Shown here: one piece after another, positions 56,868-64,000 of the stretch
How the letters are laid out: each line of letters opens with the position of its first letter
Numbering within the stretch: the first letter of the stretch is position 1
DNA from: Limnochordia bacterium
GTDB lineage: Bacteria; Bacillota; Limnochordia; DUMW01
DNA length: 64,000 nt
Direction of reading: 5' to 3'
Assembly: GCA_023230925.1 (NCBI GenBank)
Contig: JALNWK010000012.1
Location: 2,709-66,708, forward strand
Position numbers and translations under genes: made by a program
The notes under the pieces: generated by a model
The model's input: the letters and a program-made list of their open reading frames with translations, nothing else
Database searches by the model: none
What the model was told of the DNA's origin: nothing

Positions 56868-57266
56868 CTACCAAATGTAGCAGAGCACTTCTCCACCGAC
56901 GCCATGTTTTCTCGCTGCCTTATCGCTCATCACACCTTGTGATGTGGAGATCACGGCGCACCCTAGGCCCCCTAGTACCTTTGGAATTTCATCCTTATTG
57001 GCATAGACCCGCAGTCCTGGTTTACTAATCCTTTTTAGTCCCCGCATGACCCGTTCCTTGTTTTGACCGTAACGTAAGAAGACTCGCAGAACACCCTGCT
57101 TGTCATCCCTATATACCTTATAATCCCGTATATAACCCTCTTCTTTCAATATGCGGGCTAGTTCGATCTTAGTCTTTGACGCGGGGATATCTACTTTCTC
57201 ATGATAGGCGGAATTAGCATTCCTAATCCTTGTTAGCATATCAGCAATTGGATCAGTTAAAGCCAT
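56868..57266 (-). CDS. rpsH: 30S ribosomal protein S8
   Basis: [17 protein letters not shown] is the S8 signature. Confidence 0.96.
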   Translation of the reverse strand: MALTDPIADMLTRIRNANSAYHEKVDIPASKTKIELARILKEEGYIRDYKVYRDDKQGVLRVFLRYGQNKERVMRGLKRISKPGLRVYANKDEIPKVLGGLGCAVISTSQGVMSDKAARKHGVGGEVLCYIW

Positions 57267-57304
57267 TGCGCTACCCCCTCTCTAATATCCACTCCAAGCC
57301 GCTA

Positions 57305-57490
57305 TTACCAGCTGGCTTTAACCACGCCTGGTATTTCCCCACGGTGAGCGAGGTTGCGAAAACAAATGCGGCATAGCTTAAATCGGCGAATATATCCTCG
57401 CGGCCGGCCGCAAACTTGGCATCGATTGACCTGACGCGTTGAAAACTTTGCAGGTCTGCTAGACCTTACGATCATCGACTTCTTTGCCAT
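57305..57490 (-). CDS. rpsZ: 30S ribosomal protein S14 type Z (zinc-binding)
   Basis: The product is 61 aa with [20 protein letters not shown] (CxxC...CxxC). Confidence 0.95.
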   Translation of the reverse strand: MAKKSMIVRSSRPAKFSTRQVNRCQVCGRPRGYIRRFKLCRICFRNLAHRGEIPGVVKASW

Positions 57491-57502
57491 TATTCTCCTC
57501 CT

Positions 57503-58042
57503 TTATTGTCTAAAAGGAAGTCCCAAAAACTTAAGCAGTTCAAAGGCCTCTTCATCGGTCTTTGCCGAGGTATTGAAGCTAACATTCATCCCCCGAACCT
57601 GATCTATCTCATCGTAGCTTATCTCAGGGAACATCAATTGTTCCGTAAGGCCCAGACTGTAATTGCCGCGGCCATCGAATCCCTTTGGTGATAGTCCGTT
57701 GAAATCCCGGATTCTTGGCAGCGCAGCCCGAATCAGTTTCTCTACGAAGTTGTACATCTGTTCACCCCGTAAAGTGACCTTACAGCCAACTGCCATGCCT
57801 TTTCGCAGTTTAAAGTTCGAGATAGACTTGCTAGCCCGGGTAATCACCGGCTTTTGACCACTGATTATGGTCAGATCCCGTACCGCGTTGTCTAGGACCT
57901 TGCTGTCAGCCACTGCTTCACCGACACCCATATTCAAGCTTACTTTGAGCAGCTTAGGCACTTCCATTACAGATTTATACTGAAATCTATCCATCAAGGC
58001 AGGTACAACTTCCTTCTTGTACCGTTCATATAGCTCTGACAT
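57503..58042 (-). CDS. rplE: 50S ribosomal protein L5
   Basis: [28 protein letters not shown] is the L5 signature. Confidence 0.96.
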   Translation of the reverse strand: MSELYERYKKEVVPALMDRFQYKSVMEVPKLLKVSLNMGVGEAVADSKVLDNAVRDLTIISGQKPVITRASKSISNFKLRKGMAVGCKVTLRGEQMYNFVEKLIRAALPRIRDFNGLSPKGFDGRGNYSLGLTEQLMFPEISYDEIDQVRGMNVSFNTSAKTDEEAFELLKFLGLPFRQ

Positions 58043-58074
58043 TAGAACACGTCCCCCCTCTCATTCCAGTGGGC

Positions 58075-58398
58075 TTAATCAATCGTCTTCCCGCACTTTT
58101 TGCATACCCGAGCCGAATACCCCTCTTCGGTACGCACCTTGGAGGTTCTTGTGGGTTTGTCACAACTGGGACACACAACCTGAACCTTGGACGCATAAAT
58201 CCTCCCGGGTTGCTCGATAATGTCACCCTGTGGCAGCTCCCTGGTAGGACGACTGTGCTTCTTCTGGATCTGCACACCCTCCACAACAACCTTACCCGCT
58301 TTCGGGAATACACTTAGGACTTTGCCTCTTTTACCCTTGTCGACACCATGTAGCACGATTACCGTGTCATTCTTCTTTACATGAAGTCTCGGCGCCAC
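58075..58398 (-). CDS. rplX: 50S ribosomal protein L24
   Basis: (M)APRLHVKKNDTVIVLHGVDKGKRGKV carries the KOW motif. The GTG at 58398 lies 6 nt after GGAGGAGGG. Confidence 0.95.
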   Translation of the reverse strand: MAPRLHVKKNDTVIVLHGVDKGKRGKVLSVFPKAGKVVVEGVQIQKKHSRPTRELPQGDIIEQPGRIYASKVQVVCPSCDKPTRTSKVRTEEGYSARVCKKCGKTID

Positions 58399-58426
58399 CG
58401 TTATCCCTCCTCCCGGATCGAAATCC

Positions 58427-58795
58427 TTACAATACCTCCGGTGCCAAGGAGACAATCTTCATGAACTGTTTATCTCTAAGCTCCCTAGCAACAGGACCGA
58501 AAATCCGCGTGCCCCTTGGATCCTTTTGGGGATTAATAACCACAGCAGCATTCTCGTCAAACCGTATATAAGAGCCGTCCGGCCGCCGAATTCTACTCTT
58601 CGTGCGGACCACAACCGCCGAAACGATCTCTCCTTTTCGTACCACACCACCTGGGGTAGCCTCTTTTACAGTGGCAATGATAATATCTCCCACACTGGCA
58701 TACCGACGCATTGAACCGCCGAGGACTCTAATGCAAAGTAGTTTCCTCGCACCAGAGTTGTCAGCTACGTTTAACACTGTTTCCTGTTGAATCAT
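58427..58795 (-). CDS. rplN: 50S ribosomal protein L14
   Basis: [27 protein letters not shown] is the L14 signature. Confidence 0.97.
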   Translation of the reverse strand: MIQQETVLNVADNSGARKLLCIRVLGGSMRRYASVGDIIIATVKEATPGGVVRKGEIVSAVVVRTKSRIRRPDGSYIRFDENAAVVINPQKDPRGTRIFGPVARELRDKQFMKIVSLAPEVL

Positions 58796-58824
58796 GGCCT
58801 ACCCCTCCTTTCCAGGTTGATACC

Positions 58825-59082
58825 CTATTTCGCCTTCTCCAATATTTTTACTACTCGCCATCTTTTGTCCTTACTCAAAGGCCGTGTCTCCGCTAAAAGA
58901 ACCCGATCGCCAATGCGGCACTCGTTGTGCTCGTCATGAGCTTTGTAGTTCTTACTACGGCGCATGCGCTTCCCGTAAAGACGATGTCGAGTAATTCGCC
59001 CGACTTCCACAACGACCGTCTTCTCCATCTTATCGCTGACTACAACACCAGTCCGCGTCTTTCGGTTGTTGCGTTCTTGCAT
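58825..59082 (-). CDS. rpsQ: 30S ribosomal protein S17
   Basis: [21 protein letters not shown] is the S17 signature. The ATG at 59082 lies 7 nt after GGAGG. Confidence 0.95.
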   Translation of the reverse strand: MQERNNRKTRTGVVVSDKMEKTVVVEVGRITRHRLYGKRMRRSKNYKAHDEHNECRIGDRVLLAETRPLSKDKRWRVVKILEKAK

Positions 59083-59116
59083 GCACATACCTCCTAGCAA
59101 CCCCTTGCTGGTACTG

Positions 59117-59317
59117 TCATATTCTAATATTTAGTTCTCTTTCCCGCAAGACCGTTTTGATCCGTGCGATATCCTTTCGCACCTGCCGCACCCGCATCGG
59201 ATTGTCCAATTGTCCAATCGTCAGCTGAAACCTGAGGTTAAACAGCTCCTCTTTCAACTCATCTAACTGGCGGTGCAGTTCTTCATCCGTCAAATCCCGT
59301 AATTCCTCAGCTTTCAT
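59117..59317 (-). CDS. rpmC: 50S ribosomal protein L29
   Basis: [31 protein letters not shown] is the L29 signature. The gene overlaps the rplP 3' end by 11 nt. Confidence 0.94.
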   Translation of the reverse strand: MKAEELRDLTDEELHRQLDELKEELFNLRFQLTIGQLDNPMRVRQVRKDIARIKTVLRERELNIRI

Positions 59318-59747
59318 CTGCATCACCACCACCTACACCCGCCCTTTTGACAAACTTACATTTAATGGGCAATTTATGTGCGGCTAGGTTCATGGCCTCC
59401 CGCGCCAGCTCCTCGGATACGCCAGCCATTTCAAACATGATGCGGCCTGGCTTTACTACAGCAACCCAATACTCCGGAGCACCCTTTCCCTTACCCATTC
59501 TCGTCTCAGCTGGACGAGCGGTAACGGGCTTATCCGGGAATATCTTAATCCATACCTTGCCGCCACGTCGAATATGTCTGGTCAAGGCTATTCGAGCTGC
59601 CTCGATCTGAGTATTCGTAATCCAACCGGGTTCCTGGGCTTGGAGTCCATATTCACCCAAGGTAAGGGTGCTTCCGCGATACGCCTTACCTTTCATCCGC
59701 CCCCGCTGTACCTTTCGATACTTAACTCTCTTGGGAACCAACATCAT
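59307..59747 (-). CDS. rplP: 50S ribosomal protein L16
   Basis: [19 protein letters not shown] is the L16 signature. The start is ATG 59747 or 59744. Confidence 0.96.
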   Translation of the reverse strand: MMLVPKRVKYRKVQRGRMKGKAYRGSTLTLGEYGLQAQEPGWITNTQIEAARIALTRHIRRGGKVWIKIFPDKPVTARPAETRMGKGKGAPEYWVAVVKPGRIMFEMAGVSEELAREAMNLAAHKLPIKCKFVKRAGVGGGDADES

Positions 59748-60412
59748 TAATCTCCCCCTTCAGCCGCGGCCTTCCCTGTCCTCTCGGGCAATACCTCTCC
59801 CTTGTAGATCCAGACCTTCACACCGATTTGCCCGTAGGTTGTGTCTGCCTCGGTAAAGCCATAATCGATGTCGGCACGCAACGTATGCAAAGGGATCTTT
59901 CCTTCAGAACTCCATTCGGTGCGAGCAATTTCCGCTCCACCTAGTCGCCCGCTGACGCTGATCTTAATACCTTCTGCGCCTAAACGTAGAGTCCGTTGCT
60001 GAGCCTGGCGCATTGCCCTTCGAAACGATACACGTCTTTCTAACTGGTAGGCAACACTCTCTGCCACTAACTGCGCATCTAGCTCAGGATACTTTACCTC
60101 AACGATATTAACCTGAACCCGTTTTCCTGTTAATGCTTCTAAGTCCTTCCGAAGCGTATCAACTTCATGTCCGCCCTTCCCGATGACCATACCGGGTCGA
60201 GCAGTATGAATCGTTAGTCTCACTTGGTTTGCCGCACGCTCTATCTCCACTCGGGAAACACCAGCACCATAGAACCGTTCTTTCACAAACCTACGCAATT
60301 TCAGATCTTCGTGTAACAGATCCGCGTAATCTCGTTTGTTAGCATACCAACGGCCATCCCAGTCTCTGATGATGCCCAACCTAAGACCGTGCGGATGCAC
60401 TTTTTGCCCCAC
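59747..60412 (-). CDS. rpsC: 30S ribosomal protein S3
   Basis: [18 protein letters not shown] is the S3 signature. Confidence 0.97.
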   Translation of the reverse strand: MGQKVHPHGLRLGIIRDWDGRWYANKRDYADLLHEDLKLRRFVKERFYGAGVSRVEIERAANQVRLTIHTARPGMVIGKGGHEVDTLRKDLEALTGKRVQVNIVEVKYPELDAQLVAESVAYQLERRVSFRRAMRQAQQRTLRLGAEGIKISVSGRLGGAEIARTEWSSEGKIPLHTLRADIDYGFTEADTTYGQIGVKVWIYKGEVLPERTGKAAAEGGD

Positions 60413-60416
60413 TACG

Positions 60417-60755
60417 CTATTCCTCCTTTTCCTCCAAAATCACCGTAACATGACTGGTGCGCTTAAAAATCCGATCAGCACTGCCCCGCGCCCGAGGTCT
60501 CAAACGTTTCCACGTCGGGCCTTCATCAACATAGGCAGCGGCTACATACAAGCTGTCCCGATGCATATCATGATTATTCTCTGCATTAGCAGCAGCTGAC
60601 CTAATAACCTTCTCAAGAACCTTCCCACCCCGCTGCGGGGAAAACTGTAAAATGCCAATGGCATCATCCAAATCTTTCCCTCTAATCTGGTCAACGACCA
60701 AACGCAACTTACGTGGCGAAATCCGAACATGGCGTGCTATAGCTCTTGCCTGCAC
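60417..60755 (-). CDS. rplV: 50S ribosomal protein L22
   Basis: [21 protein letters not shown] is the L22 signature. Confidence 0.96.
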   Translation of the reverse strand: MQARAIARHVRISPRKLRLVVDQIRGKDLDDAIGILQFSPQRGGKVLEKVIRSAAANAENNHDMHRDSLYVAAAYVDEGPTWKRLRPRARGSADRIFKRTSHVTVILEEKEE

Positions 60756-60787
60756 CTGATTACCTCCTTCCCTGTTGAAGCAGGTGA

Positions 60788-61072
60788 CTACTTCAACGCC
60801 GTCGAGCGTTCTGTATGGAAACCGTGTCCACGAAATGTCCGGGTCGGCACAAACTCGCCCAGTTTATGACCCACCATGTGCTCTGTAATATAAATTGGAA
60901 CATGTTTCCGTCCATCATACACAGCTATGGTATGACCGATCAATTGCGGGAAGATGGTCGAACGGCGTGACCAAGTCTTGATAACTCGCTTCTCGCCCTT
61001 CTCATTCATCTCCTTGATCTTCTTCATCAAATGATCATCGATAAACGGGCCTTTTTTTAAAGATCTGCTCAT
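60788..61072 (-). CDS. rpsS: 30S ribosomal protein S19
   Basis: [15 protein letters not shown]...GHKLGEF is the S19 signature. Confidence 0.97.
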   Translation of the reverse strand: MSRSLKKGPFIDDHLMKKIKEMNEKGEKRVIKTWSRRSTIFPQLIGHTIAVYDGRKHVPIYITEHMVGHKLGEFVPTRTFRGHGFHTERSTALK

Positions 61073-61116
61073 CTTTGTAAGCCCCCTTCCAAGCCGTACA
61101 TAGTAACTACAATCGG

Positions 61117-61941
61117 CTAACCGCGCCTTGTGCGCACGACATATTTATCCGACTGTTTCTTCTTTCTCGTTCGATAACCCTGGGTTGGTTTACCCCATGG
61201 AGTAACCGGCGCTCTACCAATAGATGACCGTCCTTCTCCACCACCATGTGGATGGTCCACTGGGTTCATTGCTACACCTCGAACTCCCGGACGGCGTCCG
61301 AGCCAGCGCATTCTCCCAGATTTGCCCCAGCTAATATTCTCGTGTTCTACATTACCAACTTGACCGATGGTGCCACGGCAGGTTAGTAAAACCATTCTAA
61401 ACTCACCCGATGGCAAACGTAGGGTAGCATATTTCCCCTCTTTAGCCATCAATTGTGCGCTACTTCCAGCCGAACGCGCCAACTGTCCACCTCGACCTGG
61501 ATACAGCTCAATATTATGAACCACTGTACCTAGGGGAATGTTTGCCAAGGGCAAACAATTACCCGCCTTGATGTCCGCTGTAGGACCCGACATAACTTGA
61601 TCGCCAACCGACAGTCCCAGGGGAGCTAGGATATACCGTTTCTCACCGTCAGCGTAGTGCAAAAGAGCAATCCGCGCCGTACGATTCGGATCGTACTCTA
61701 TTGCTGCAACTTTAGCAGGAACGTTGTCCTTATCCCTCTTAAAATCAATTAATCGGTAGCTGCGCTTATGGCCACCGCCACGATGACGAGCCGTGATTCT
61801 ACCATAATTATTGCGTCCACCCCTACTATTTAATGGGGTAACAAGGGACTTCTCCGGCGTAGTCTTGCTAAGACCTTCAAAACTTGAACCGGTCATATCC
61901 CGTCGTCCCGGGGTAGTCGGTTTATACGACTTTATCGCCAT
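61117..61941 (-). CDS. rplB: 50S ribosomal protein L2
   Basis: [14 protein letters not shown]...[14 protein letters not shown] is the L2 signature. Confidence 0.97.
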   Translation of the reverse strand: MAIKSYKPTTPGRRDMTGSSFEGLSKTTPEKSLVTPLNSRGGRNNYGRITARHRGGGHKRSYRLIDFKRDKDNVPAKVAAIEYDPNRTARIALLHYADGEKRYILAPLGLSVGDQVMSGPTADIKAGNCLPLANIPLGTVVHNIELYPGRGGQLARSAGSSAQLMAKEGKYATLRLPSGEFRMVLLTCRGTIGQVGNVEHENISWGKSGRMRWLGRRPGVRGVAMNPVDHPHGGGEGRSSIGRAPVTPWGKPTQGYRTRKKKQSDKYVVRTRRG

Positions 61942-61985
61942 AACTAACCCTCCTCTACTGCCCCTCCTGCAAATCTCAGCCTGAA

Positions 61986-62270
61986 CTACAGACTCTCAAA
62001 AATATCAATGGTACTGCCGGGGGACAACTTCACAATCGCCTTTTTCCAAGCCTTTGTATACCCTTCGGTCCTTCCACGCCGGACCAATTTGCCTGGCACA
62101 TTCAAAGTGTTAATATTCTCCACTTCAACATCAAACAAGGCCTCGACAGCCTGCCGAATCTGCGTCTTGTTCGCCCGACGGTCTACCTCAAAGACATACT
62201 TGTTCTGCTCTCGCAGCAACGTACTTTTTTCCGAGACAACCGGTCGAATAATAACATTCCTCAGCTCCAT
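61986..62270 (-). CDS. rplW: 50S ribosomal protein L23
   Basis: [13 protein letters not shown]...[18 protein letters not shown] is the L23 signature. Confidence 0.96.
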   Translation of the reverse strand: MELRNVIIRPVVSEKSTLLREQNKYVFEVDRRANKTQIRQAVEALFDVEVENINTLNVPGKLVRRGRTEGYTKAWKKAIVKLSPGSTIDIFESL

Positions 62271-62896
62271 TAGCCCAGCACCTCCTCAACCTTTTTAATG
62301 GCTGCGCTGGTCATAATGACATGCTTTGCAACCAATAATGGATATACGTGCACATCACTGGCCACGATGCAATTGACCTTGGGAATATTTCGCGTTGCTA
62401 ATAGCACATTTTTATCATTTTCAGCAGTTACTATCAATACTGAACCATCCTTGATGCCCAGTTTGTCAAGAAGCTGCATCCCCAGTTTGGTCCTTGGTTC
62501 ATTAATGCCTAAGTCATCAACAACAATGAGCTGTCCAGCTTCTAACTTAGCACTAAGTGCTGACTTAAGAGCATTCCTTCTTGCTTTCTTAGGCATAGAA
62601 TATCCAAAGTCCCGGGGCTGTGGACCAAAGGTCACACCCCCGCCCACCCATATAGGTGAACGAATACTACCATGCCGCGCCCTACCGGTGCCCTTCTGCC
62701 GCCATGGCTTGCGACCCCCACCACGGACTTCGGCCCGGGTCTTGGTCGCCACAGTACCCTGTCGGCACCGTGCAAGATGCGCTACCACTGCATCATGCAT
62801 CAGGGACTCGTTTATCTTTGCACCGAACACTTCCGGACGCAATTCCATTGTTTCTACCTGTTTCCCATCCGCATTTAATACGGTTACCTGTGGCAT
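62270..62896 (-). CDS. rplD: 50S ribosomal protein L4
   Basis: GGGRKPWRQKGTGRARHGSIRSPIWVGGG is the L4 signature. Confidence 0.97.
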   Translation of the reverse strand: MPQVTVLNADGKQVETMELRPEVFGAKINESLMHDAVVAHLARCRQGTVATKTRAEVRGGGRKPWRQKGTGRARHGSIRSPIWVGGGVTFGPQPRDFGYSMPKKARRNALKSALSAKLEAGQLIVVDDLGINEPRTKLGMQLLDKLGIKDGSVLIVTAENDKNVLLATRNIPKVNCIVASDVHVYPLLVAKHVIMTSAAIKKVEEVLG

Positions 62897-62917
62897 CGTC
62901 TAACCTCCTCTTCGCCA

Positions 62918-63535
62918 CTAACTTGCCTTGATCATTACCAGACTGCCCCGTATCCCGGGTACAGAACCTTTGACCAGGAGCAAGTTCCGCTCATGATCCA
63001 CCCTGACTACCTGAAGGTTTTTCGCGGTTACCCGTTCATTACCCATTCGTCCGGGAAGCTTACGTCCCTTAAACACTCTAGAACCACCAGTGGCACCCAT
63101 TGACCCGGGGCCTCGGTGATATTTCGATCCATGTGCCATGGGACCTCGACCAAAATTGTGGCGTTTGATTGACCCGGCAAATCCCTTACCCTTAGACTGA
63201 CCGATTACGTCAACCAACTGACCAGCCTTAAATATCTCGGTGGTCACCTGTGCACCCACTTCGAGTTTGTCTAGATCAGTCGGTTCCAGCCTAAACTCCC
63301 GCAAGTATCTACATGGTGAAATACCAGCTTTGCTAAAATGTCCTGCGGTGGGTTTGCTTGGGTGTTTTTCCTCCCCGAAGCCCAGCTGAACAGCAGCATA
63401 TCCATCCTTTTCAGCGGTCTTCTTCTGTACAACCACACAGGGACCCGCCTGAAGTACTGTTACCGGAATTGCGTTTCCCTTATCATCAAATATCTGGGTC
63501 ATGCCAATCTTTCGACCCACTAGTCCTATAGCCAT
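62918..63535 (-). CDS. rplC: 50S ribosomal protein L3
   Basis: [16 protein letters not shown] is the L3 signature. The ATG at 63535 lies 7 nt after GGAGG. Confidence 0.96.
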   Translation of the reverse strand: MAIGLVGRKIGMTQIFDDKGNAIPVTVLQAGPCVVVQKKTAEKDGYAAVQLGFGEEKHPSKPTAGHFSKAGISPCRYLREFRLEPTDLDKLEVGAQVTTEIFKAGQLVDVIGQSKGKGFAGSIKRHNFGRGPMAHGSKYHRGPGSMGATGGSRVFKGRKLPGRMGNERVTAKNLQVVRVDHERNLLLVKGSVPGIRGSLVMIKAS

Positions 63536-63567
63536 TACTGCACCTCCTCTGCGTAACACCGCGTCCA

Positions 63568-63876
63568 TTATAACTTGATTTCAATATCGACACCCGCTGG
63601 CAGATCCAAACGCATCAGCGCGTCGACTGTTTTCGGTGTTGGATCGAGGATATCGATCAGTCGCTTGTGAGTTCTCATTTCAAACTGCTCGCGCGAATCC
63701 TTATGAATATGCGTTGACCTTAGGACAGTTATAACATTACGCTCAGTTGGCAACGGAACTGGTCCTGAAACACCTGCCCCGGTTCTACGGGCTGTCTCTA
63801 CGATCTTCTCCGCAGATGTATCAAGCACCTTATGATCAAACGCCTTAAGACGGATTCTAATCTTTTGCTTAGCCAT
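63568..63876 (-). CDS. rpsJ: 30S ribosomal protein S10
   Basis: [19 protein letters not shown] is the S10 signature. The upstream ORF extension to 63969 is rejected. Confidence 0.96.
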   Translation of the reverse strand: MAKQKIRIRLKAFDHKVLDTSAEKIVETARRTGAGVSGPVPLPTERNVITVLRSTHIHKDSREQFEMRTHKRLIDILDPTPKTVDALMRLDLPAGVDIEIKL

Positions 63877-64000
63877 ACCCTCTTTGCTTCCTCCCTGACG
63901 TCCGATTAGTATCCCCCGAATTGGGGGCCTGCGGACATGCTCTCCGGAAATTACCCGGACATCCGGCAACCTCCCGGTTCATCGCTTTATCCAAAGCAAC

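Noticed and set aside
51611-57490. Several features of the ribosomal cluster were considered as unusual: the KOW-domain gene between map and infA, the zinc-type S14 (type Z) and the Zn-lid adenylate kinase.
   Set aside because: These are normal for Firmicutes/Clostridia-type spc-alpha clusters. They are informative for taxonomy but are not novel.
63877-63969. The rpsJ ORF has an N-terminal extension ([12 protein letters not shown]...).
   Set aside because: S10 proteins start at [12 protein letters not shown] good SD (AAAGAGGG) precedes the ATG at 63876, and the extension is not S10-like.
1-64000. Mobile genetic element or genomic island signatures were sought around the CRISPR-cas locus, the imuB-like/dnaE2 cassette and the J/HIRAN pair.
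   Set aside because: No transposase, integrase, recombinase, tRNA attachment site or long flanking direct or inverted repeats could be seen. Compositional shifts could not be quantified without tools.

Overview
This is a 64-kb, almost fully coding chromosomal window. The host looks like a spore-forming bacterium that also has an outer membrane (a diderm Firmicutes/Clostridia-like organism). That inference rests on three things: sleB-ypeB germination genes, a PilQ secretin and beta-barrel-type proteins ending in Phe, and the Clostridia-type order map-KOW-infA.

Contents from left to right:
1. A CRISPR array of 11 identical 30-bp repeats that runs off the left edge. Next to it is a complete type I-B cas operon on the minus strand (cas6-cas8b-[147-aa ORF]-cas7-cas5-cas3-cas4-cas1-cas2). 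The large subunit is split by one in-frame TAA into a 484-aa Cas8b and a stand-alone Cas11b-like ORF.
2. A DUF523 gene and an AI-2E/YtvI-type permease.
3. A 10.4-kb type IVa pilus machinery operon on the minus strand (pilB-pilT-pilC-pilM-pilN-pilO/P fusion-secretin-N protein-pilQ-pilD). It has no pilin gene, and a strong intrinsic terminator sits 12 nt upstream of the pilB start.
4. A HEAT-like repeat protein, eda, lepB and a PhnP-like MBL hydrolase.
5. An SOS-type mutagenesis cassette (imuB-like / coupled 78-aa ORF / dnaE2) behind a near-consensus promoter with an overlapping Cheo-type LexA box.
6. sleB-ypeB.
7. A LolA-like / RND permease / putative beta-barrel module and a phosphodiester glycosidase.
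8. A 1232-aa secreted glycoside-hydrolase-like protein, followed on the same strand by a J-domain coiled-coil protein plus a HIRAN protein pair of unknown function.
9. From about 43.9 kb to the right edge, the canonical S10-spc-alpha ribosomal cluster on the minus strand, followed by rplQ, ecfA1-ecfA2-ecfT, truA, rplM and rpsI.

No transposase, integrase, tRNA or rRNA was recognised. Nothing here is demonstrably a new system. The best candidates for follow-up are the J-domain/HIRAN pair, the split Cas8b/Cas11b, the terminator-containing pilB leader and the atypical imuB-like/78-aa/dnaE2 cassette.
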